Below, piece after piece: positions 47,922 through 57,551 of a DNA stretch of 64,000 bases (positions are counted from its first letter, which is position 1; every line of letters starts with the position of its first letter). The DNA comes from an uncultured delta proteobacterium (GTDB lineage: Bacteria; Desulfobacterota; Binatia; Binatales; Binataceae), in contig CAWJET010000001.1 in assembly GCA_963842085.1 (NCBI GenBank), forward strand, positions 704,001 to 768,000, written 5' to 3'. A model generated the notes under the pieces. That model worked only from the letters and a program-made list of their open reading frames with translations, was not told the DNA's origin and did not search any database. A program made the position numbers and the translations under genes.

Positions 47922-49096
47922 CAGGCGATCCTGCAATGAACTCGATCGATGCCGTTCCACAAATAGCCGCCATGATTCCAAGGCGTCGTTTCCGGCTGCA
48001 CTCTGCCTGAGGAATCGGTGGCGCGCGCGGCGATTGTATACGCTCCTTGCGTCGCCGCTTTCCACCGATAACGCCACAGTTGCCATGCGCCCTCAGATTC
48101 CTTGCCCTCAAGTTCGGCGCGAGCCCACGAGCGGCCGCCATCCAGCGACACTTCGACGTTGACCACGTGTCCCATGCCGGTAAAAGCTACTCCCGAGACC
48201 AGGTTGTCGCCGGGCGGCATGACCGAACCTTCCAACGGCCTTGCAATCAACGATTTGACCGGGTTGATGGCGACCGGAACTTCAGGCGCGGGTGCGATGC
48301 CTTTTTGCGGAACTGGTTGCTGCGGCATCCTGTACGCAGTCTGCATGTAGAAGCCCTCGGCCTCATGCTCCTGAAAGTCGATTCGGCGCAACCATTTGTA
48401 CCAGTGATCGCCGGCCCAGCCCGGTACCACCATGCGGAGCGGGCCACCATGCAACATCGGCAGCGGCTCGCCGTTCATTTCGAAGGCAAGCAGCGTGCCC
48501 GGATCGAGTGCGCGCTCGATGGGAATGCTGCGGGTAAACGAAGGAGTTGTGGGCATGGGAGCGGAGTCATAGCCGCGCATCTGCATGTGACCGGCGCCGG
48601 GTTTGATGCCTATGCTCTTCACTACGTCGCGCAGGCGGACCCCTGTCCACAGAGCGTTGCCAACCGCGCCGCGCTGCCACTGGACGCCCGGCACTGACGG
48701 ATGAAAAAAGGCGCGCCCGTTGCCTGCGCATTGAAGCGTTGCCGGCAAGCGCACGATTTCGAACTTGCGCAGGTCCTCGAGGGTCAGGCTGCGAGAGCTA
48801 TCGACGAGGCCGCCAATCTCGAGTCTCCATTGTTCTTGAATGATAGCGGGTGGGCCAAAATGACTTCGCACGAAAAACACCGCATTGGGAGTAATCGAGG
48901 AAGCCAGATACTCGACCGGCGTCTCCAAGTCCTGCGGCCGGGAAAGCCGAACAATCAGTGAGTCGTGCTCATGCACCATTTCAGCAGCGCGACCGATTGC
49001 CGGCATGCCGCTCACCAACGCCAGAGCACCCACACTCCGCGAAAGATGCCTGAGAAATCGGCGTCGCGACCACAACTCAGTGGATAATCGGCTCAC
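47921..49096 (-). CDS. Sulfite oxidase family molybdoenzyme (Tat-exported)
   Basis: SRRRFLR, FFVRSH, LQCAGNGR, HGGPLR, KWL, dimerisation domain. Confidence 0.93.
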   Translation of the reverse strand: MSRLSTELWSRRRFLRHLSRSVGALALVSGMPAIGRAAEMVHEHDSLIVRLSRPQDLETPVEYLASSITPNAVFFVRSHFGPPAIIQEQWRLEIGGLVDSSRSLTLEDLRKFEIVRLPATLQCAGNGRAFFHPSVPGVQWQRGAVGNALWTGVRLRDVVKSIGIKPGAGHMQMRGYDSAPMPTTPSFTRSIPIERALDPGTLLAFEMNGEPLPMLHGGPLRMVVPGWAGDHWYKWLRRIDFQEHEAEGFYMQTAYRMPQQPVPQKGIAPAPEVPVAINPVKSLIARPLEGSVMPPGDNLVSGVAFTGMGHVVNVEVSLDGGRSWARAELEGKESEGAWQLWRYRWKAATQGAYTIAARATDSSGRVQPETTPWNHGGYLWNGIDRVHCRIA

Positions 49097-49208
49097 TTCA
49101 CACCTCCGCCAATATAAAGGATATGTGGCAGGTTTTCATCGCGAATGATCAGGAGCCATGAGTGCCAATGGTCACAACCAACGACCTCGCGCACTGCTTC
49201 CGCTTCGG

Positions 49209-50255
49209 CTAACCAATCCATCCGAGCAGTATGGCGCCAAGCGTGGCGGTTCCCATCAGCAGCCAAAGAACGAAGCCCTGGATTAGGGGGCGCCGCCCAA
49301 CCATCTGAAGGGCGCTGCGGCTCAGCCCGGAGCCGATCAGAAACAAGGTGACCACCAACGAACGTTGCGCGCCGAGGAATATCGTGTGGCCAGCGGGTTT
49401 CAGCGCAGGTACCCATGTCACCAATGCTGCGGCGGCGATAAATCCCAGGATGAACCACGGCCGCCTGGCCTTGCCCGCAGGCGCGTCTGGGTTTCCGCGG
49501 TTCCAAACCATTCCGACGGCGAGGGTCACGGGCACTATCCAAAGCGCTCGGGTAAGTTTGATGGTGGTAGCGATCTCAAGCGCGCGTGCGCCGTATTGCA
49601 TCGCCGCTCCGACTACTGAGCTCGTATCGTGAATGGCAAGCGCGCTCCACACTCCAAACTGTGCCTGACTCAAACCGAAATAGTGCCCGATCCACGGAAA
49701 GATGAACAAGGCGACCGCGTTGAGGAAGAACACTGTCGCCAGCGCCACGGAAACCTCATGACTTTTGGCTCGGATCGCGGGAGCGACCGCCGCGATGGCG
49801 CTGCCGCCGCATATTGCCGTACCTACGGTTACCAGCAGCGAGGTGTCCCGTTCGGTCCGAATCAATCGGCCCAAAACCAGACCAAGGGTCATCGTGAGTG
49901 TGATGCCGATGACCGTGTAAAAGAAGCCATGGACACCGGCGTGCCCTACTTCAACGAGATTCATGCCGGCCCCCAGACCGATGACCGAGATTTGCAGCAA
50001 GGGAGTGATCAGCCGCGCGGTGGTAAAGGGATAACCATTGCCCAAAGTGAGGGCCACGCAGATGCCCAGCATCAGCGCGATGCCGGGCGAGACGAACGGC
50101 AACAGCGTCGCGCATGCCGCGATTGGAAACGCGATGCGGGCAGCGACCGTCGCGGGATTGGCGCGGCTGAACTCATGGCGCCAGCCAGCCGGCGCCGCTG
50201 GGACGAAATCCTCCTTCGGTTTCGTGGCCTCCGACGTGCGCATCGCGCCGGTCAT
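49209..50255 (-). CDS. yeiH: YeiH-like putative sulfate/sulfite exporter
   Basis: GTAICGGSAIAA, AIHDTSSVVGA, TTIKLTRALW; ATGA coupling to ArsR. Confidence 0.9.
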   Translation of the reverse strand: MTGAMRTSEATKPKEDFVPAAPAGWRHEFSRANPATVAARIAFPIAACATLLPFVSPGIALMLGICVALTLGNGYPFTTARLITPLLQISVIGLGAGMNLVEVGHAGVHGFFYTVIGITLTMTLGLVLGRLIRTERDTSLLVTVGTAICGGSAIAAVAPAIRAKSHEVSVALATVFFLNAVALFIFPWIGHYFGLSQAQFGVWSALAIHDTSSVVGAAMQYGARALEIATTIKLTRALWIVPVTLAVGMVWNRGNPDAPAGKARRPWFILGFIAAAALVTWVPALKPAGHTIFLGAQRSLVVTLFLIGSGLSRSALQMVGRRPLIQGFVLWLLMGTATLGAILLGWIG

Positions 50256-50620
50256 GCTCGCACGCGAGCGGGGAGCGCTCCGACCTGCGCTTCGAGCCGG
50301 TCGCGCAGTCTCGCGCAGACCATTTCGCACAACTCGAAGACCATTTCGTCGGCGATCGAATAGAAGGCGCTGTTGCCTTCGGGTCTTCGTCTCACCAGTC
50401 CGGAATCCTGCAGAATCCGCAGGTGCTTGCTGACGTTGGGCTGCGTCGAGCCGACGCTTTGGGCGAGCGCGGAAACCGAGCGCTCGCCCTGCTCGAGTTC
50501 GTGCAGGATGCGCAGGCGCAGCGGTTCGCCCATCGCCCTGAAGCGTGCTGCCACCATCTCCAGCGCTTGCGGGGTCAAGGCGCGCCGCGACTTTGGCCTG
50601 AAGCCGTTTCTTGCCTTCAT
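50252..50620 (-). CDS. ArsR/SmtB family regulator
   Basis: FRAMGEPLRLRIL, QPNVSKHL, FELCEMVC. Confidence 0.92.
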   Translation of the reverse strand: MKARNGFRPKSRRALTPQALEMVAARFRAMGEPLRLRILHELEQGERSVSALAQSVGSTQPNVSKHLRILQDSGLVRRRPEGNSAFYSIADEMVFELCEMVCARLRDRLEAQVGALPARVRA

Positions 50621-50699
50621 GAGTAAATAGTTATATATCGACCTGGTCTCGAGTCAAACGCGGCGCCGCCGGTTTCATTCCGGCGCAAGGAAAAGCCCC

Positions 50700-51737
50700 A
50701 TGTTCTTTCGAGAATTGAACCGTGGAAAGTGCAAAACCTACATGCTCGGATGCGAGCGCACGCGGCGCGCCGCGGTGGTGGACCCGCTCAAAGAAAACAC
50801 CGCACGCTACATCGCGATCGCCGCGTATCGTGGCTTCCGGCTGGATTATGCGATCGACACGCACACCCACGCCGACCATCGCAGCGGCACCTGGGACCTC
50901 GCCGGATTAACCGACGCGAAGGTCGTAATGGATCGCCACGCCCCCGCGCCTAACGTCGACGTCCACGTTTCAAACAGCGATGTTCTCGAGGTCGGCGACC
51001 TGCGCGTGAAGTTCATGTTCACGCCCGGGCACACGCCCGACGGAATCAGCCTCTACGTCGACGGGCACGTGCTGACCGGCGACACCTTGTTGATTGGCGG
51101 CACCGGGCGAGCGGACTTTCCCGGTGGCGACGCCGGAAAACAATACGACGCGATCACCGGCCTGCTGTTCAAACTGCCGGACGACACGCTCGTGTTTCCC
51201 GCGCACGACTATCGCGGTAATCGGTGCTCGACGATCGGAAAGGAGAAAGCCACTAATCCGCGGGTTGCCGGGCATACACGCGACGAATACATCAGCATCA
51301 TGAATAATCTCGGCCTGCCGCTGCCCGACAAGATTCAGGAGGCACTGCAGGCCAATCAAACCGCGATCGAAGACGACTCCCTCAAATTCCCCGATGTCGC
51401 GCAGCTGAGCAGCGTTCATCAGGCAAGCGTTCCCGAATTGCGGGACCGCCTCGCCGGCGGGAACCCGCCGATCGTGCTCGACGTACGCGAACCAGACGAA
51501 TACCACGATGAACTTGGGCACATTCCGGGCAGTAGATCGATCCCGCTGAGAGCTTTGCCGAGTGAAGCGGGCAAACTCGAGAACCTGAAACACAGCGACA
51601 TCGTAGTCGTGTGCCGCGCCGGCGTACGCAGCAGCACCGCCGCCGCGATCCTCACCGCACTCGGTTTCGAACACGTGACCAACCTCAAGGGCGGGATGCT
51701 CGAATGGAACGAGGCCGGCCTGCCGGTGGAGCGCTAA
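50700..51737 (+). CDS. Persulfide dioxygenase (MBL fold)-rhodanese fusion
   Basis: THTHADH, TPGHT, TGD, GRADF, PAHDY, NPR; C-terminal LDVRE...VCRAGVRS. Confidence 0.9.
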   Translation: MFFRELNRGKCKTYMLGCERTRRAAVVDPLKENTARYIAIAAYRGFRLDYAIDTHTHADHRSGTWDLAGLTDAKVVMDRHAPAPNVDVHVSNSDVLEVGDLRVKFMFTPGHTPDGISLYVDGHVLTGDTLLIGGTGRADFPGGDAGKQYDAITGLLFKLPDDTLVFPAHDYRGNRCSTIGKEKATNPRVAGHTRDEYISIMNNLGLPLPDKIQEALQANQTAIEDDSLKFPDVAQLSSVHQASVPELRDRLAGGNPPIVLDVREPDEYHDELGHIPGSRSIPLRALPSEAGKLENLKHSDIVVVCRAGVRSSTAAAILTALGFEHVTNLKGGMLEWNEAGLPVER

Positions 51738-51744
51738 TCGCGCC

Positions 51745-51843
51745 ATGCACGATTTCACGCCGGTCGCATCGCTCATCGGCGGTATTCTGATCTGCTTAAC
51801 CGGGGGGACGCTGCGGTCCGCGTCGGACGCGCTGGTCACGTGA
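51745..51843 (+). pseudogene. YeeE/YedE relic
   Basis: MHDFTPVASLIGGILI matches typical YeeE/YedE N-termini; stops after 32 aa. Confidence 0.6.
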
Positions 51844-52082
51844 TTAAAGACTGAGAAGCATCGTGGTGGCTGATACTTCGGGTTCGAACCTCGAATGCGC
51901 TTCGTCATTCAGCCGCGAATTCGCGCGTTCGTAACAATCGAATCATCATGTCGTAACCGACGCTGGCTAGTTTTCCGCCGGCATGAAGCCTGTACTGGGC
52001 TTTTGTACGCAGGTCCAGAGCGAACACGGGTTTCGTAAGTGCTCTTGGAGCAGCAGTCGATTCCGGGGAGTACCCAGGGAGG

Positions 52083-53813
52083 GTGATGATGAGACGAACG
52101 ATCGGAATAATTGCGCTGTCGATGCTTGGTGCGGCGTTGATGCTCTGCGCCGTCGCGATCACACCGATGCCGGCGTGGAGCCAGGACGGGCGCGCGCTCA
52201 TGCTGTACACCGATCCCGCCAGCGGCCAGGTGTTCACCAAGCGATGCAAACATTGCGTCAGGCTCGGCGAATACGTCCCTGCCGGATCGACCGAAGAGAT
52301 CGAGCGCAAGGTCGAGGCGAAGACTCAGCAGCAACTCGAGCAGGAACGCGCTGCGATGCAGTCCGACATGGCGCAAAGGGCGGCCCAGCAGCAGCAGTGG
52401 AACGCCGAGATGGCCAAGCAGGTCTCCGAGATCCAGCCGTTCGCACAGGAGTTCGGCGATCGCTGGTACAAGAAGATCTCGCTCGGCACGCTGATCTACG
52501 GCGATTATGGCTACTTCAGCCACACCGGATTCGGCCCGCAGTTCCTGACTCAGCAGAACTGGCCCGGTCCCGGCAACAACAGCTTCAACTCGTTCAATAT
52601 CACGCGCGCATACATTGATTTCAAATTCACGCCTGTGGACGACATCTCAGCACGCGTGACGCCCAACATTTACGCGGCGGTTAACACCGGGACCACCTGC
52701 ACGACGTCCTCGACGTCAACGTCAACCGGCGGAATAAAAACTACTACGAAGACTACATGCACCGCGAGCAGCGGCGACAAGGTCGGTGCCAACAGCGCAT
52801 ACGGCCAGAGCCAGGATCAAGACCTCTCCTACCGCTTGAAGTACGCGTATATCGACTACAATACCTTCTTCAAAAAGGTTTTGAAGTTCGAACCGATGAG
52901 CGACGACAAGTTCACCTTCGGCCAGCAGCAGAATCCGCTGGTGGACTGGGAGGAGAACCTGTGGGGCTTCCGCTACACCGCCTTGACGCCGTGGAACTAT
53001 CTGAGCTTGAGTTCGTCGCAGGTCGGCGTTTCGATGAAGGGGCCGATCAAAGTTAACGAGACGCAGTACGCCGATTACGATTTCGGCGTGTTCGACGATG
53101 CCAGCTTCCACGCTATCGAGCAGAGCGCTTGGAAGCAGGTTATGGGTCGCGTAACGATTAATCCTTTAGGCGCCCACTCACGCTACGATAGCCTTGGTCT
53201 GACCGGCTTCTACGACTACGGCTACTCGAACAAATGCACGCCCGACGTGAGTTCTATTCCAGGAAGCAACACCACATGCGGGCATATGGCGCGCGCATCG
53301 GCGCTCGTGCACTACACCGCCGAGAGCTGGGGCGTTATCGGCGAGTGGGATTACGGCCACAATGCGTTCAGCAGCGGCAACCTCTTTTCGGGCAGCGGGC
53401 CTTCCGACGCGGTCGGTATCACCAGTTCCGGCCCCAGCAGTTTTACGGCCTGGAACAAGATGGTCGGCAATATTCTCAACAACGGTCAGGCGATACAGAT
53501 GGGCGCGGATTTGCTCGGCCACTGGGACATCCCGCACACCCCGTTCACCCTCTTCGGCCTGGTCGAGTGGTTCCAGCCCAACACGCGTATCGATAAAGAC
53601 CCGCTCGACTTCACCCGCTACGATTTGGGAGTGCAGTGGCTGATTAACAAATATTTCCGGGTGGCGTTCGATTCACAGGCCGAGCAGTACTATCACAGTC
53701 AGTTCACGTACCCGGCAACGGCGGTGCCGGGCCAGGCGAAGACGCCCGCGGTGCCGTACGCGGTGCCGCGCGATACGCACGCATTCTTCCTGAACCTGGA
53801 ATTCAGGTACTAG
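52083..53813 (+). CDS. Putative outer-membrane beta-barrel (porin-like) protein
   Basis: Signal peptide, coiled coil, FNITRAY, RLKYAY, C-terminal LNLEFRY. Confidence 0.7.
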   Translation: MMMRRTIGIIALSMLGAALMLCAVAITPMPAWSQDGRALMLYTDPASGQVFTKRCKHCVRLGEYVPAGSTEEIERKVEAKTQQQLEQERAAMQSDMAQRAAQQQQWNAEMAKQVSEIQPFAQEFGDRWYKKISLGTLIYGDYGYFSHTGFGPQFLTQQNWPGPGNNSFNSFNITRAYIDFKFTPVDDISARVTPNIYAAVNTGTTCTTSSTSTSTGGIKTTTKTTCTASSGDKVGANSAYGQSQDQDLSYRLKYAYIDYNTFFKKVLKFEPMSDDKFTFGQQQNPLVDWEENLWGFRYTALTPWNYLSLSSSQVGVSMKGPIKVNETQYADYDFGVFDDASFHAIEQSAWKQVMGRVTINPLGAHSRYDSLGLTGFYDYGYSNKCTPDVSSIPGSNTTCGHMARASALVHYTAESWGVIGEWDYGHNAFSSGNLFSGSGPSDAVGITSSGPSSFTAWNKMVGNILNNGQAIQMGADLLGHWDIPHTPFTLFGLVEWFQPNTRIDKDPLDFTRYDLGVQWLINKYFRVAFDSQAEQYYHSQFTYPATAVPGQAKTPAVPYAVPRDTHAFFLNLEFRY

Positions 53814-53827
53814 TTACGAATCGGGAA

Positions 53828-53870
53828 AGCCGGCGCGAGCAGAGAAAATGCTCGCGCCGGCTCGTGTTTT
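53828..53870 (+). terminator. Intrinsic terminator
   Basis: AGCCGGCGCGAGCA / TGCTCGCGCCGGCT 14-bp stem followed by a T-rich tail. Confidence 0.75.
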
Positions 53871-53930
53871 GGGCCTCGCCTCATACATTCTTGTGACTTA
53901 GAGGACCGGCAGCTATCCTTTACAATCGAA

Positions 53931-54305
53931 GTGCTGGGAAATTTTCTGAAATCCAGTCGGGGCGCGATCGCCGCATCTCTCCGCGTGGCCGCGTGCATCG
54001 TAAGCGTGGCGATGCTGCTTTCGTTTCCGATCACGAGGGCTCATAGCTTTGGCCAGCACTTCGGCACCACCGAGATACGCCACAATATCGTACGCCACAC
54101 CTTCGTCGCCGGGCCCGAGGCCGGAGGCGTGGAGAAGATTGCGCACGTCGATGCGCAGCCTGCGATTCCGGTGCCGTTGACCATCGAGAATGTCGCGAAG
54201 TGCTTGTTCCTCCGGACGATAGTTTCGGACGTTCCTACCTTCCGTATTCTGCAACATCTCAAGCTCGGGCCTTCGCGCTCGGGCGCGTCCGACCCACTGC
54301 TCTAA
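53931..54305 (+). CDS. Hypothetical exported protein upstream of the RND operon
   Basis: Hydrophobic N-terminal segment; co-directional with the pump genes. Confidence 0.5.
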   Translation: MLGNFLKSSRGAIAASLRVAACIVSVAMLLSFPITRAHSFGQHFGTTEIRHNIVRHTFVAGPEAGGVEKIAHVDAQPAIPVPLTIENVAKCLFLRTIVSDVPTFRILQHLKLGPSRSGASDPLL

Positions 54306-54422
54306 GCTCTAGATTCGGCGATCGAGCTCCTGTCGCAGGGTACGTTTGCGTACACGCGGCGGGATAGATCCGGAAACGTTGCTGGAGTTCGCTTCAGCCC
54401 TGGTCGCACGAGGTCAATTACA

Positions 54423-57400
54423 GTGCCTGGTTTCTCATTGCGCAACCCGCATTCCGTAATCGTGGGCGCGCTGCTGACGATCATTCTGGGCGTCGCGGCA
54501 TTTCTGAGCATGCCCGTCGACGTCTTCCCCAAGCTCGACATCCCGGTCGCGGTGGTCGCCACGTTCTATCCGGGGATGCCGCCGCTCGACATCGAGGCGG
54601 ACATCACGACCCGCTTCGAGCGGTTCTTCACGCTCGGCAGCGACATCGAACACATGGAATCGCGCTCACTGCCGGGAGTCAGCATCATCAAGGTCTTCTT
54701 CCAGCCAGGCGTAGATTTGAGCGCCGCGACAGCTTCGCTGGGCAACCTCGCGATGGCCGATTTGCGCCATTTGCCGCCGGGCACGCTGCCGCCGCTCATC
54801 CTGAAATCCGGCGCATCATCGTTGCCCGTCACGCTGGTGACCGTCTCAGGCGCGGGATTCAGCGAGGCGCAACTCCGCGACCAGGCGCAGTACAACATCC
54901 GCAACTGGATTGCGACCGTGCGCGGCACCTCGGTTCCTCCGCCGTTCGGCGGCAAGTACCGGCAGATCATGGCGTACGTCAATCGCGACGCCCTGCAGGC
55001 GCGCGGGCTCACCCTGATGGACGTCGTCCATTCACTAAACGACGCCAACCTCATCATTCCGGCGGGTGACGCGAAGATCGGCTCGACTGACTACTTCGTT
55101 TACAGTAACAGCATGATCGAGAACTCAGCCGACATTAACCAGGTGCCGGTGAAGGTCGGGGCCGGTGAAGCTCCCGTATTCGTGGGCGACGTTGGACACG
55201 CCGAGGACGCGGCACAGATTCAGCAGAACATCGTGCGCATCAACGGACAGCGCTCGGTGTACATCCCGGTCATGAAGCAGGGCCACGCCAACACGATCGC
55301 GGTGGTCGATGGCGTCGACCGGGTGATCACACGAATCGCCGGTCTGCCGGCCGGGATGAAAGTCAAAGCGATCTTCGGGCAGGACGCATACGTGCGCGCG
55401 GCGATCGAGAGCCTCGAGCACGAAGCGGCCTCGGGCGCGGTCCTTGCCTCGCTGATGATCCTGATTTTCCTCGGCAGCTTCCGCTCGACGGTTGCGATTT
55501 TCCTGTCGATCCCGCTTTCGATTCTGGCCGGCGCGTTCGGCCTGCGCATGAGCGGCGCGAGCATCAACGTGATGACGCTGGGCGGCTTCGCGCTCGCAAT
55601 CGGCCGCTTGGTGGACGACTCGACGGTCGTGCTCGAAAACATCAACCGCCATCTGGCCGAGGGCAAGACTCCGGTCGACGCCGCCCGCGACGGCGCCAAC
55701 GAAGTAGCGCTGGCGGTGCTCGCCTCGACGATCACGACCATCATCGTGTTCTCGCCGGTGATGTTTCTGTTCGGCGTAGCCAAGTCGCTGTTCAGCGCGC
55801 TGTCGCTGGCGGTGGTTCTATCGATGCTGGCGTCGTACGTGGTCGCGATGACGGTGATCCCGGTTTATTGCGCGCATTTCCTGACCGCGGAGGCGGGTCG
55901 AGAGGCGGAGGAAGGCGCAGGTCGCGGTTTTATGGCCGCGTTCATCCGCAGTTACGACCGCTTCGCCGAGCGTTACGAGCGCCTGCTCGATCGGGTGCTC
56001 AATCACAAAGGTGCGGTGGTGGGGGCTGCGTCGATTCTGTTCCTCGCGAGCCTCGCCGCGTTTCCTCTGCTCGGGACAGAACTGTTTCCCAGGACCGACG
56101 CCGGCCAATTTGTCATCCAGTTCCGCGCGCCGCTGGGAACGCGGATCGAGCTCACCGAGCAACTGGCCGAACGCCTGGAAAACACGATTCGCGCAGTGAT
56201 ACCGCCGGCTGAACTCTCGACGGTGGTTTCCAATCTCGGATTGGCGACGGGATTTTCGTCGATCTACTCGTCCAACGCGGCGAGCGATTCGGGGTTCGTG
56301 ATGGTGGCGCTCAAGCCCGACCATCGCGTCTCGACCTGGGACTACGTGGCCAGGCTCAAACAGATATTGCCCGCGCGCATCCCGGAAATTCGCACATTCT
56401 TTTCGTCCGGAAGCATCATCGACTCGGTGCTTAATTTCGGGCTCGCGGCGCCGATCGACATACAGGTTAGCGGGCAACACTACGCCCAGCTCTTCGACCT
56501 GTCGCGCAAAGTCGATGCGCGCGTGAAGGGCTTGCCGCAGGTCGCCGGGACATTCATCCCCGAGGAATCCAACTATCCCACCCTCAGGATCAACGTTGAC
56601 CGGGTGAAGGCCGCGCGCCTCGGCCTCAGCCAGCGCGACGTCGTCACCAACGTCATCACCGCGCTCACCTCCAATCAAATGATCGCACCGTCGATCTGGA
56701 TCGATCCGAAGACGGGCAACGACTACTTCCTGACCGCGCAGTACGCCGAAGATAATATCAATTCCATCGACACGCTGCGCGACATCCCGGTGCGAAGCAG
56801 CGACGGCGACCACTCCCGCGCCGACGCGCTGATGCTGCGCAACGTCGCCACCATAACCCGCGAGCGGCATCCCGCCGAAGCGGACCATTACAACATTCAA
56901 CGCGTCGTCGACGTGCTGGTTGCGCCAAGGACCGATGACATGGGTGGCACGCTGACGGCGGTCCAGAGGGCGCTGTCCCATCTCGACCTGCCGCCGGGAA
57001 CCGCCATTGCCTACCGCGGCTCGGTTGAGGCGATGCAGCAATCATTCGCGAGCTTCGGTTACGGACTCGCAATGGCGGTGGTGCTGCTCTACCTCGTGAT
57101 GGTGGCGCAGTTCCGCTCGTTCCTCGACCCGTTCATCATAATGTTCGCCGTTCCGATGGGGCTGATCGGCGTCGTGTGGACGCTTTACCTCACCGGCACG
57201 ACGCTCAACATCGAATCGTTCATGGGGATCATCGCGATGGTTGGGATCGTGGTATCCAACGCGATCCTGCTGGTGGACTTCGCCAACCGGCGCTTCCGCG
57301 GCGGGCAGGAACTGCGCCTGGCAATCGTCGAGTCGGCGAAAATCCGGATGCGCCCGATTCTGATGACGACGCTGGCCACGGTGGTGGGCCTGATGCCGAT

Positions 57401-57551
57401 GGCGCTCAAGCTGGGTGCCGGCTCGGAAGCCTCCGCCCCGCTCGCGCGCGCGGCCGCGGGCGGACTGGCAGTCTCCACGCTGCTGACGCTGTTCCTGGTT
57501 CCCGCGCTCTACGAAATATTCTACGGTCGGCAGCAGCAGGTATCCCGATGA
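54423..57551 (+). CDS. RND efflux permease
   Basis: VDDSTVVLEN, NAILLVDF, RMRPILMT; 1042 aa. Confidence 0.96.
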   Translation: MPGFSLRNPHSVIVGALLTIILGVAAFLSMPVDVFPKLDIPVAVVATFYPGMPPLDIEADITTRFERFFTLGSDIEHMESRSLPGVSIIKVFFQPGVDLSAATASLGNLAMADLRHLPPGTLPPLILKSGASSLPVTLVTVSGAGFSEAQLRDQAQYNIRNWIATVRGTSVPPPFGGKYRQIMAYVNRDALQARGLTLMDVVHSLNDANLIIPAGDAKIGSTDYFVYSNSMIENSADINQVPVKVGAGEAPVFVGDVGHAEDAAQIQQNIVRINGQRSVYIPVMKQGHANTIAVVDGVDRVITRIAGLPAGMKVKAIFGQDAYVRAAIESLEHEAASGAVLASLMILIFLGSFRSTVAIFLSIPLSILAGAFGLRMSGASINVMTLGGFALAIGRLVDDSTVVLENINRHLAEGKTPVDAARDGANEVALAVLASTITTIIVFSPVMFLFGVAKSLFSALSLAVVLSMLASYVVAMTVIPVYCAHFLTAEAGREAEEGAGRGFMAAFIRSYDRFAERYERLLDRVLNHKGAVVGAASILFLASLAAFPLLGTELFPRTDAGQFVIQFRAPLGTRIELTEQLAERLENTIRAVIPPAELSTVVSNLGLATGFSSIYSSNAASDSGFVMVALKPDHRVSTWDYVARLKQILPARIPEIRTFFSSGSIIDSVLNFGLAAPIDIQVSGQHYAQLFDLSRKVDARVKGLPQVAGTFIPEESNYPTLRINVDRVKAARLGLSQRDVVTNVITALTSNQMIAPSIWIDPKTGNDYFLTAQYAEDNINSIDTLRDIPVRSSDGDHSRADALMLRNVATITRERHPAEADHYNIQRVVDVLVAPRTDDMGGTLTAVQRALSHLDLPPGTAIAYRGSVEAMQQSFASFGYGLAMAVVLLYLVMVAQFRSFLDPFIIMFAVPMGLIGVVWTLYLTGTTLNIESFMGIIAMVGIVVSNAILLVDFANRRFRGGQELRLAIVESAKIRMRPILMTTLATVVGLMPMALKLGAGSEASAPLARAAAGGLAVSTLLTLFLVPALYEIFYGRQQQVSR

